Shown: piece after piece, positions 31,774-40,450 of the stretch | Numbering within the stretch: the stretch's first letter is position 1 | Layout of the letters: each line of letters begins with the position of its first letter | From: Candidatus Poriferihabitaceae bacterium | GTDB taxonomy: Bacteria > Pseudomonadota > Gammaproteobacteria > Arenicellales > Poriferihabitantaceae | Length of the DNA stretch: 64,000 nt | NCBI GenBank assembly: GCA_965208975.1 | Contig: CBDBQH010000003.1 | Span: 1,348,792 to 1,412,791, forward strand | Reading direction: 5' to 3' | Made by a program: the position numbers and the translations under genes | Notes under the pieces: model-generated | Databases searched by the model: none | What the model was told of the DNA's origin: nothing | Seen by the model: the letters and a program-made list of their open reading frames with translations, nothing else

Positions 31774-32001
31774 ATGAGAACAGAAATACAAACTACCCAA
31801 GATATATGGCCCATGCTGACACCCGTTGTTTTCGTTCCCCATGCGGATAATGAATACCAACGGTTGGTGGCTGTACTGGATAATTTGATTGATGTGGTGG
31901 GCGAAGATGAAAGCCACCCCCTGGCCTCACTCATGGAGGTCATTGGCGTGTTGATAGAAAAATATGAGGATGACCACGTTCCTGAACTGACGGAGGCATA
32001 A
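31774..32001 (+). CDS. small protein resembling only the N-terminal (non-HTH) part of HigA-type antitoxins
   Basis: 75 aa. Strong SD AGGAG 7 nt upstream of the ATG. LTPVVFVPHADNEYQRLVAVLDNLIDVVGEDESHPLASLMEVIGVLIEKYE parallels the E. coli HigA N-terminal region. No room for an HTH before res. Confidence 0.5.
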   Translation: MRTEIQTTQDIWPMLTPVVFVPHADNEYQRLVAVLDNLIDVVGEDESHPLASLMEVIGVLIEKYEDDHVPELTEA

Positions 32002-32052
32002 CAATCAGAAGACGGGCTCATTGGGAAACCAATCATTTCACCGGGCGATAAG

Positions 32053-34623
32053 ATGGCTGACAAGTATTTGTATGAGATACTGGATTCCGTCTCCCAAATG
32101 GGATTGTTAAAGAAAGAAATCCCCCGTTATCTCACGGATAATCTGAACCCCGCCCTTCAACTGCGTCCCTATCAGGAAGAAGTATTCGCCCGTTTTTTCC
32201 ACTGTCTTGCCAATGATTTTCCCGGCAAGAATCAGCCGTTGCATTTTCTGTTCAACATGGCAACTGGCAGTGGCAAAACCCTGATCATGGCGGGGTTGAT
32301 TCTCTATCTGTACGGGAAAGGCTATCGAAACTTTCTGTTTTTTGTCAACGCCTCGAATATCATTGAAAAGACAAAGGATAACTTCCTCAATCCGCTCTCA
32401 TCCAAATATCTGTTCAACGAAAACATCCATTACGGTACAAAAAGAATTGAGATAGCTCCAGTCACCAATTTTGAAGGCGCCAACGAAAACGGCATCAACA
32501 TCTGTTTTACCACTATCCAAAAACTGCATTCCAGTCTGACTATTGATAAAGAAAACGCGTTGACCTTTGAGGATTTCAGTAGAGGAAAAACCGTCCTTCT
32601 CGCAGATGAAGCCCACCACATCAACGTAAACACGAGGGCCGGAAAGAAATTATTTGAGAGTTGGGAAAATACGGTAGAACGCATCTTTATTCAGCACAAA
32701 AATAATTTACTGCTGGAATTTACCGCCACCCTGGATTACACCGATACAAATCTTGTCGATAAATACCGTAACAAAGTGTTATACCGATATGACCTGCGAC
32801 AGTTCCGCAATGACGGCTATTCCAAAGACGTTTGCATTGTTCAGGCAGATTTTGAGGAGAAAGACCGGATCATACAGGCGCTTATCCTCAACCAGTACAA
32901 GCAGGAAGTTGCAGCGAAATACACTATCAATTGCAAGCCGGTCATCCTGTTCAAGGCACAAAGAACAATTGCCCAATCCAAAGAGAACAAAGCCAGATTC
33001 CATAAGATCATTGAGAATCTTTCAGGCGATGACATTGACCGGATTTGGGACCAGTCAAACCTGCCACTGGTAAAGAGTGCATTTACTTTCTTCAAAGAAA
33101 ATCATATCTCTGCCAATCAGCTGGCGAAAAGGCTTCGCAGAGAATTTGATGAGAGTCGTTGTATTTCCGTAAATGAAGAAAAAGAAAAAGAAAATCAACA
33201 GATATTACTCAATACTCTGGAAGAACGGGATAACCATATTCGAGCCATTTTTGCAGTACAGAAACTGAATGAGGGTTGGGATGTCCTGAACCTGTTCGAT
33301 ATTGTCCGTTGTTATACGAATCGGGATGCAAAGGCTGGGAAACCGGGAAAAACAACTATTGCCGAAGCGCAATTAATCGGACGCGGAGCGCGTTATTTCC
33401 CTTTTGTTACCAACGACAACCCCGACCGATACCGGCGGAAATTCGACCAGAATCTGACTTCTGAACTGCGTGTGCTGGAAGAGATGCACTACCACAGTAT
33501 AAATGATTCCCGCTATATCTCTGAGTTACGTACTGCGTTGATTCAGGAAGGTATGGTAGATGAACGAGAGGTGACCAAGCCGCTCACACTAAAGGATTCG
33601 TTCAAGGCCACAGAGTTTTACCGGCATGGATTGGTCTACCTGAACAGCCGGGTCAGAAACCGATATGAAAAGGTTTACTCATTTTCTGATATGGGCGTTT
33701 CGTTACAAAACTATCAATATACGCTTGCAACCGGCCGGGGAGCATCTCAGTCCATCCTCGATAACAACGACAGTGTCAGTCAGGTCAAAGAAGCAGGCTC
33801 ACAAGAAATCAAAGTAAGGGATATTCCTGTTCACATAGTCAGAAATGCCATTGCCCAAAATTCTTTCTTTTCTTTCAACTCCATTAAAAAATATTTTCCT
33901 CATATTGAATCGGTGCGCCAATTCATTGATTCGGATGACTATCTCGGGGGGTTGGCAATCACATTTCAGGGAAATTTCCCCAACCCGTTACCTAATAAGG
34001 TCCAACTGGATGCGGTAACGGGTCTGCTCGGGGAAATCGAATCTGAGATGCGTAGAAATGCTACGGAATACAGGGGAACAGAAACATTCAAGCCATACGG
34101 GGTTGGTTCTGTATTCACGGCTAAAACCCTCAAATTGATTGAAGGCAGTGAAAGGGCCAATGGTGACGATCCGTTTGTTTCCGACAGGGAATGGTATGTC
34201 TTCAGCGCAAACTACGGGACCGGAGAGGAAAAGGCTTTTGTCCGGATGCTTGACCGCCAGATGGGTACACTGAAAGAAAAATACGATGAAATTTACCTGG
34301 TCCGCAATGAAAGGCATTTCAAGATTTACAGTTTTGACGACGGACAGGCGTTTGAACCGGATTTTGTTCTTGCTCTACGGGAGAAAAATGGAAATATGCT
34401 TACCTACCAGATGTTTGTTGAGCCTAAAGGAAAACATCTAAAAGATCATGACAAGTGGAAAGAGGAGTTTCTGCAACAAATTACGGACAAATTCAAGGGA
34501 AAAACACTGGAATTCAAAACGAAAATCAAGACCCAAAAATACAGGCTGGTGGGGGTTCCGTTTTATAACAATGAAGATGAAAACAGATTTAAGGAAAGTT
34601 TGTATGAGGCGGTGGGAATGTAG
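32053..34623 (+). CDS. res: type III restriction enzyme Res subunit (SF2 helicase + PD-(D/E)XK nuclease)
   Basis: 856 aa. Motif I MATGSGKT, II LLADEAHH, III FTAT, VI QLIGRGAR. C-terminal nuclease FEPDFVL...FVEPKG. Confidence 0.9.
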   Translation: MADKYLYEILDSVSQMGLLKKEIPRYLTDNLNPALQLRPYQEEVFARFFHCLANDFPGKNQPLHFLFNMATGSGKTLIMAGLILYLYGKGYRNFLFFVNASNIIEKTKDNFLNPLSSKYLFNENIHYGTKRIEIAPVTNFEGANENGINICFTTIQKLHSSLTIDKENALTFEDFSRGKTVLLADEAHHINVNTRAGKKLFESWENTVERIFIQHKNNLLLEFTATLDYTDTNLVDKYRNKVLYRYDLRQFRNDGYSKDVCIVQADFEEKDRIIQALILNQYKQEVAAKYTINCKPVILFKAQRTIAQSKENKARFHKIIENLSGDDIDRIWDQSNLPLVKSAFTFFKENHISANQLAKRLRREFDESRCISVNEEKEKENQQILLNTLEERDNHIRAIFAVQKLNEGWDVLNLFDIVRCYTNRDAKAGKPGKTTIAEAQLIGRGARYFPFVTNDNPDRYRRKFDQNLTSELRVLEEMHYHSINDSRYISELRTALIQEGMVDEREVTKPLTLKDSFKATEFYRHGLVYLNSRVRNRYEKVYSFSDMGVSLQNYQYTLATGRGASQSILDNNDSVSQVKEAGSQEIKVRDIPVHIVRNAIAQNSFFSFNSIKKYFPHIESVRQFIDSDDYLGGLAITFQGNFPNPLPNKVQLDAVTGLLGEIESEMRRNATEYRGTETFKPYGVGSVFTAKTLKLIEGSERANGDDPFVSDREWYVFSANYGTGEEKAFVRMLDRQMGTLKEKYDEIYLVRNERHFKIYSFDDGQAFEPDFVLALREKNGNMLTYQMFVEPKGKHLKDHDKWKEEFLQQITDKFKGKTLEFKTKIKTQKYRLVGVPFYNNEDENRFKESLYEAVGM

Positions 34624-34812
34624 GGCTGTTGACTAATACTTTGGTTAATGAATCTGGTAAAAGCTTGTTGGGCAATGTGAAATGTTGATACCACCAAGGT
34701 TAAAAAGAGCGACAGGCCCACGATAGTATAGGACCATGCACCCCGATGGAGTATTATCAACAACTCACACTCAGTGCCTGAGTTTCATATGCACTGAACC
34801 CGAACACCTTCG

Positions 34813-34841
34813 TTGCATACATAGAGTACCACCCACATAAT
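34813..34841 (+). promoter_or_regulatory. candidate sigma70 promoter of the TIR-SLATT pair (TTGCAT-N17-CATAAT)
   Basis: TTGCAT 34813-34818, 17-nt spacer, CATAAT 34836-34841, about 43 nt upstream of ATG 34884, which has SD AAGGGGA. Confidence 0.45.
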
Positions 34842-34883
34842 ATTCGGGAATGTGAAAATTTCGTCCAAAATAAGGGGATATAA

Positions 34884-35312
34884 ATGAGTACAAGACAAAT
34901 CCACGTTTTTATTAGTCATTCATGGGCTTACTCAAATCATTATCAAACTCTAGCTGATTGGATTTTTAATCAAAAGTGGAGCGTGGAGCAGGCATCCCTG
35001 GATTTTCGAGATTATTCTGTTCCACAAAGTGACCCAGTCCATAATGCAAATAATGACACGCAATTAAGACAAGCGCTTTACAATCAAATATCACGAAGCC
35101 ACGTTATTGTCATCCCAACTGGAATGTATGCCTCTTACAGTAAGTGGATACAAAAAGAGATTGATGGAGCTAGCCATTATAGAAAGCCTGTATTGGCAGT
35201 TAACCCCTGGGGCGCTCAAAGAACTTCTTCATATGTTAAAGATGTAGCAGACAAAATCGTTGGCTGGAATGCCAAGACTGTTGTTGGCGGGATTTGGGAA
35301 TTGTACAAGTGA
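34884..35312 (+). CDS. TIR-like domain protein (DUF1863/ThsB-like)
   Basis: 142 aa. IHVFISHSW start strand, VIVIPTGMYASYSKWIQKEIDGA containing the S-x-W-x(3)-E glutamate context used by TIR NADases, KPVLAVNPWG. Confidence 0.8.
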   Translation: MSTRQIHVFISHSWAYSNHYQTLADWIFNQKWSVEQASLDFRDYSVPQSDPVHNANNDTQLRQALYNQISRSHVIVIPTGMYASYSKWIQKEIDGASHYRKPVLAVNPWGAQRTSSYVKDVADKIVGWNAKTVVGGIWELYK

Positions 35313-36196
35313 TGAACGAATTTAAAATAAAATCTAGTGAAATGCCTGGATTGTATCAGTCTGCTGACCGGGCATCTCTTGATGCTCAAAGTAGTTACTT
35401 TACGGGCTTGCGATGGTATCTCGTCTTGCTGATTTGTGCTGCTTTTATTTCGTATGCTCGGCCCAATGACCTTATAGGTGCACTACTATCAGCAAGTCTA
35501 TTTTTAATCACTCTTGGAATTCTTGTGTTTATTCGTGTCAAAAAGCCTGATGACATTTGGTATAACGGCAGAGCTGTTGCTGAGTCAGTTAAAACAAGGG
35601 CTTGGCGATGGATGATGAGAGCTGAGCCTTATGAAGACCACCAAAACATTGAAATAGTTTCTAAACAATTCATTAACGATCTAAAAGCAATACTTAGTCA
35701 AAATAAAAGCTTATCCCATTCTCTTCAATCAACGGATGCTGTGGATGATCCTATTTCCCAGCCGATGAAGGATATAAGGACACTTTCCGTGTCTGAGAGA
35801 TTAGGAATATATGTAGATCAAAGAATTCAGAATCAAGTCAATTGGTATTGGACTAAATCCGGCTTTAATAAGCGTCGAGCCCAGCAATGGTTTTGGGTGT
35901 CCGTATTTTTGCATGCGTCAGCAATAGCCATGTTGTTATATCGGATTAAAGATCCAACCTTCTCTCTTCCGGTAGAGGTGGTTGCTACCTCAGCAGGAGC
36001 GGTATTAACTTGGTTACAAGCCAAAAAGCATAACGAACTAAATTCCGCATACGCTCTTGCTGCACATGAAATTGTATTGATAAAGGGAGAGTCTGCTTCT
36101 GTTTGTCGTGAACAGCAGCTTTCGGAATATGTGGTAAATAGTGAGGCAGCTTTCTCACGAGAACATACTCAATGGGTTGCTCGAAAAGGAGACTAG
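35312..36196 (+). CDS. SLATT/DUF4231-type membrane protein with two tandem 2-TM modules
   Basis: ATG overlaps the TIR stop (TGATG). Module 1 has TMs WYLVLLICAAFISY and LLSASLFLITLGILVFI followed by WYNGRAVAESVKTRAWRWMMRAEPY. Module 2 has RIQNQVNWYWTKSGFNKRRAQQWFWVSVFLHASAIAMLLY plus a further TM, then ELNSAYALAAHEI. Confidence 0.75.
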   Translation: MNEFKIKSSEMPGLYQSADRASLDAQSSYFTGLRWYLVLLICAAFISYARPNDLIGALLSASLFLITLGILVFIRVKKPDDIWYNGRAVAESVKTRAWRWMMRAEPYEDHQNIEIVSKQFINDLKAILSQNKSLSHSLQSTDAVDDPISQPMKDIRTLSVSERLGIYVDQRIQNQVNWYWTKSGFNKRRAQQWFWVSVFLHASAIAMLLYRIKDPTFSLPVEVVATSAGAVLTWLQAKKHNELNSAYALAAHEIVLIKGESASVCREQQLSEYVVNSEAAFSREHTQWVARKGD

Positions 36197-36348
36197 TTGC
36201 TAACAAAGCACTGCTACCGGAAAAAATTTTCTACTACTCACTAAACGGGCGTCCAGAACCATCCGAACAAGGTTAGCCCCATTGTTTCCAAAATCTGATG
36301 TTTTTGTGTCATCCTGAAAGATGATGGTGCGCGCAGATGTACGGCGTT

Positions 36349-36378
36349 TTGTATTATTAGAAACTAGTGCTGTATGAT
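36349..36378 (+). promoter_or_regulatory. candidate sigma70 promoter of the OLD-type gene (TTGTAT-N18-TATGAT)
   Basis: TTGTAT 36349-36354, 18-nt spacer, TATGAT 36373-36378, 26 nt upstream of ATG 36405. Confidence 0.4.
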
Positions 36379-36404
36379 GCACGGTTTTGTATCGGTTGCA
36401 GAAT

Positions 36405-38377
36405 ATGAAATTAACACACGCTCGGGTCCAAAACTTCCGTTCTATTCTTGATACAGGGAAGTTTTCTATAAACGACCTTTGTTGCCTTGTTGGGAAAAAT
36501 GAGGCAGGTAAAACTGCAACACTCACTGCTGTACAGTCAATTCTTCCATACGGGGATCCACAAACGTATTTTGATGTAACGGAAGACTACCCCCGTCGTT
36601 TTGCTACACGCTACCACGAAAGGCATAAAAATTCTGAGGCTGTTGTGGTAGAGACATGGTGGCAGCTTTGTGATGAGGGGTATGAACGGCTTTGTGAAGA
36701 ATTTAGCGAGGACGCTGTAAGGTCTCGTGAATTTCGCATTTACAAAAAATATAACACCGAAAATACTATATGGGATTTTGATCTGGATGAAGCTGTTGTA
36801 GTAGCGAGTATTCTTAAAGCCCATAGGTTGAATGCTACTGAGCAAGCCAGTCTTTCAAAATGTTCGACTATTTTGCAAGTTTTGGAAAAAATTGAAACCC
36901 GTGAGGAACCAACTGAAAAATTGAGAGCGATTGCTAAACATTTCGAGAACTATCAAAGATCAATTCAGTATAAAGCAACCGAATTGGTTGGTGATCTGGT
37001 TCCGACCTTCTTTTATACGTCTCATTATGACCGAATGAGCGGTAAATTGTCGATACAGAAAATTGCAGACAGAAAATTGCAGAGGACAAAAAAAATGATA
37101 ATGTTGATCCAGAAGATGAAATATTCCTGGATTTTCTGCGTCTTGCCGGAACTTCGCTGGAGGAATTGAATGAGGTGTCACGGTTCGAAGAACTCAACGC
37201 CAAATGTGAAGCAGCCTCCGCGGATATCACGGATCAAATATTCAAATACTGGTCTCAAAATGACAATCTTGAGGTAGAAGTAAAGCTCAGCGAGGGGCGA
37301 CCGGGCGATCCAGCACCTTTTAATTCTGGCGCCGTGGCTCGAGCTCGAGTATATAATCGGCTGCACCGGGCGAGTGTTTCCTTTTCTGATCGCAGTGCAG
37401 GTTTTGTCTGGTTTTTCTCCTTTCTTGTCCAGTTTGCCATGATGAGGCGCAATACAAGCAATGTAATCATACTACTTGACGAGCCTGGCCTGACGCTACA
37501 CGGAAAGGCACAAGCTGACTTGCTTCGCTATATTGAAGCTGAGCTTCTGCCTGACCACCAGGTTGTTTACACAACCCATTCCCCATTCATGGTTCCGCCG
37601 CAGAGGTTAGCTGATTGTCGTGTAGTTGAAGACGTTGTCAAACGCGACGAGCGAGACCGTCCTGTATCTGAAGGAACCAAGATTACAGATGACGCGATGA
37701 GCACAGACAAGGACACATTGTTCCCGTTACAAGGTGCGCTTGGCTACTCCGTCACTCAATCACTTTTCGTCGGTAAGAACAGCCTCCTTGTTGAAGGCAC
37801 ATCCGACATCCTGTATTTGCAGGCGCTATCGAGTGAAATTGAAAAGCGCGGTGGGATGTCACTCGACCCGAAATGGACACTCTGCCCTGCCGGGGGCATA
37901 GACAACCTGAGGCCATTCGTTTCCTTGTTCGCTGGAAACCACCTCAACATCGCGGTTCTTTCGGATCAAGCACAAGGAGATAAAAGTAAGGTTGAACGGC
38001 TCAGGAGAAGCGAAATTCTTGCCGCTGAACGGTTCCATACGATCGCTGAATTGCTTGACGAAGATGAAGCAGATATTGAGGACTTGTTTGTATCTGAATT
38101 GTTCTGTCGGATCGTAAATGAAGCTTATGGGTTAGAAGGAAATCATGCAGTTACGCCAGAAAAATTGAACGAAGTCGCAAATACAGAAAGGCAGGTTAAA
38201 CGGGTGGAGGCTTATTTCAATCGTCTGCCAGAAGCCATTCCAACTTTCAGCCATTTTCGTCCAGCAGAGTGGCTCATTCACAATGGAGAGATTTTGTCTG
38301 AGAAATCGGATTCGGTAAAAGGCACGCTTGAAAGAGCAGAGAAAATTTTTAAGATTTACAACGAAATATTGATATAG
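36405..38377 (+). pseudogene. OLD-family-type ABC ATPase + TOPRIM nuclease gene, frameshifted by a 14-bp tandem duplication
   Basis: Walker A VGKNEAGKT (N-terminal ORF 36387/36405-37169). Walker B IILLDEPG, H-loop TTHSP and TOPRIM-like LLVEGTSDILYL (ORF 37166-38377). Deleting one 14-bp copy joins the two ORFs in frame, giving ...GKLSIQKIAEDKKNDNVDPEDEIFLDFLRLAGTSLEELNEVSRF... Confidence 0.8.
37055..37083 (+). repeat. 14-bp tandem duplication (cagaaaattgcaga x2; period-14 identity spans 29 nt)
   Basis: 37056-37069 equals 37070-37083. The preceding base also matches. Confidence 0.95.
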
Positions 38378-39329
38378 CTGTCCCACTATAATTACAAAGC
38401 CCACCCGCCCCCGGCCCCAGATGTTCCTCTTTGCGCTCTTCCGCTAACTGAACCTGTCTCCCCCGCTCTGCAAACCGCGCCCTGTCCTGTTGTGAGCGCT
38501 TGCCGTGACATTTCGGGCAACTCACGCCCGGCTGATAATACTCGCTGGCCTTGTCTTTCTCCGTAACCGGCATGCGGCAGCCGTGGCACTGGTCATAACG
38601 GCCCCGGTTCAAATCATGGTCAACCGTGACCCGTTCATCGAACACGAAACATTCGCCCCGCCATCGGGACTCCGATACCGGGACGGTTGCGAGATAATTC
38701 AGGATTCCGCCTTGCAGATGATATACGGATTCAAAGCCGTTCTGTTTCAGGAAGGCCGTGGCTTTTTCGCAACGGATGCCGCCGGTGCAATACATGGCGA
38801 TCTTTTTGTGTGTTTCCGGGTCCAGGTTTTCCAATGCGTATTGCGGAAATTCCCTGAAATTGGTGGTATGGGGATTGACCGCATTTTCAAAGCGCCCCAC
38901 CTCGATCTCGTATTCGTTGCGGGTATCGACCACAAGCGTTTCGGGGTCTTCCAGCAGCGCATTCCAGTCTTCGGGATCAATATAGGTCCCCGCCAGTACC
39001 TGCGGATCAATATCTTCGACCCCCATGGTGACGATTTCTTCTTTCAGCTTGACCCGGGTGCGTTTGAACGGCATCCGGTCGGTCCCGGACTGCTTGTATT
39101 CAATACCGGAAAAACCGGCTTGCCCCTCCAGCCACTTCAGAAATTGATCAATCGCTTGCCGCTCACCGGCGATCGTGCCATTGATCCCTTCTTTCGCAAG
39201 CAACAAGGTGCCGGTGAGCGACAAGCCGGATAATTGATCCAGCATCGGTTGTTGCAGGGAAACGTAATGGGCAAGCGGCGTGAATTTATAAAATGTGCAA
39301 ACCACCAGGTTGTTTGCAGGTTCTGTCAT
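38349..39329 (-). CDS. trhO: rhodanese-domain tRNA uridine(34) hydroxylase (UPF0176/YceA family)
   Basis: 326 aa. N-terminus VCTFYKF..., EGINGTIAG, rhodanese active-site loop CTGGIRCEK, C-terminal Cys cluster CHGC...CPKCHG. Confidence 0.85.
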   Translation of the reverse strand: MTEPANNLVVCTFYKFTPLAHYVSLQQPMLDQLSGLSLTGTLLLAKEGINGTIAGERQAIDQFLKWLEGQAGFSGIEYKQSGTDRMPFKRTRVKLKEEIVTMGVEDIDPQVLAGTYIDPEDWNALLEDPETLVVDTRNEYEIEVGRFENAVNPHTTNFREFPQYALENLDPETHKKIAMYCTGGIRCEKATAFLKQNGFESVYHLQGGILNYLATVPVSESRWRGECFVFDERVTVDHDLNRGRYDQCHGCRMPVTEKDKASEYYQPGVSCPKCHGKRSQQDRARFAERGRQVQLAEERKEEHLGPGAGGLCNYSGTAISIFRCKS

Positions 39330-39413
39330 GGCATCTGTTCAGGATGGGCCGGGGCGCCCTTTGGGCAACAGGAGCAACCGGGGGAATACAGCCCGTATAA
39401 TCGATCTGTAGAA

Positions 39414-39647
39414 TCAGGAGTCCATGATCTCATCCGCTAACCTGTTCAGATCTTCCCAATCGTCTTCTTCATCAAGCCAGACCACAGCCTGACATACGAT
39501 CACCGACTGACCATCAAAGGTCATGGCTGGAGAGCCGTACAGTTGATAGCCCATTTCCAGCGCTTCGCTGACCCGACGGCAAAAGGAGACATCATCCGGG
39601 CCGGTCAGCAATCGGTAGGGTAGTTTGTTTTCAGATAGATTGGACAT
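39414..39647 (-). CDS. DUF1737-like small protein
   Basis: 77 aa. YRLLTGPDDVSFCRRVSEALEMGYQLYGSP matches the DUF1737 pattern as I recall it. Confidence 0.6.
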   Translation of the reverse strand: MSNLSENKLPYRLLTGPDDVSFCRRVSEALEMGYQLYGSPAMTFDGQSVIVCQAVVWLDEEDDWEDLNRLADEIMDS

Positions 39648-39726
39648 GACATAAAACCTTTTTGTAATTATCAGTTACTATACCCCAAATCCCGGTTCCG
39701 TTTCTACGCTCACCCGTCCACACCCG

Positions 39727-40017
39727 ATGACTCCCCGCATAAAGGTCTCCACCGATCAAAAAGGTAGCTGGAGTGTGTCGAAACGACTACTGCCATACCT
39801 GTGGAAGCATCGCGCGCGGGTCGGGGCGGCGCTGTTGTTTCTGGCGCTGGCTCGCATGGCTAATGTGACGGTGCCGGTGACGTTGAAATGGATCGTCGAC
39901 GACCTGGACATGGAGGCGCTGGTTGCTGTGCCCGTCGGGTTACTCGTGGCTTATGGCTTGCTGCGATTCAGTACCATCGCGTTCAATGAAATTCGCAATG
40001 TGATTTTTTCCCGCACC
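39727..40017 (+). pseudogene. 5' fragment (~97 codons) of an ABCB/Atm1-type ABC transporter permease-ATPase gene
   Basis: RLLPYLWKHRARVGAALLFLALARMANVTVPVTLKWIVDDL...YGLLRFSTIAFNEIRNVIFSR is a typical first-TM region. The reading frame then runs into unrelated sequence, and no TMD or NBD follows anywhere downstream. Confidence 0.6.
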
Positions 40018-40102
40018 GGAATTCAGATAGCCGTTCTTTATAAAACCTCTATCGCGGATTTGGGGGGCCACTTGTCATTTCCGGCTACTCCGTCCAGTTC
40101 GT

Positions 40103-40450
40103 TTAATCCTCTGGTGACCGCCGGACAATCAACCCGTCCCGCCCCATTTCTGCCCGTAACTGTTCCAGGCTCTTACCTTTCCCGGTCGCTGGTCGATTGC
40201 TGGCCGGGGTCGATTGATCAACCTCGCCGCGCTCAATGGTGGCCGGGTCGATGGTCTGCCCCTGGGTCTCTTGCCAGGCTGTTTGTATCAAGGCTTCAAT
40301 CATCCGTGATCGGGTGACCTGGTGCATCCGCGCCAGGTCGTCCAGTTCGTCCCATCTGGCCGGATGAAGTCGGATATTGACTTGTGCCCGTTTGTCCGCC
40401 GGGTCGGTTACCCGGTCAGACCAGCGCGCATAATGCTTGTGTTTGTTCAT
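40103..40450 (-). CDS. ribbon-helix-helix protein (115 aa)
   Basis: Paralogue of the 27991-28395 N-terminus with a different C-terminal tail. Confidence 0.6.
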   Translation of the reverse strand: MNKHKHYARWSDRVTDPADKRAQVNIRLHPARWDELDDLARMHQVTRSRMIEALIQTAWQETQGQTIDPATIERGEVDQSTPASNRPATGKGKSLEQLRAEMGRDGLIVRRSPED

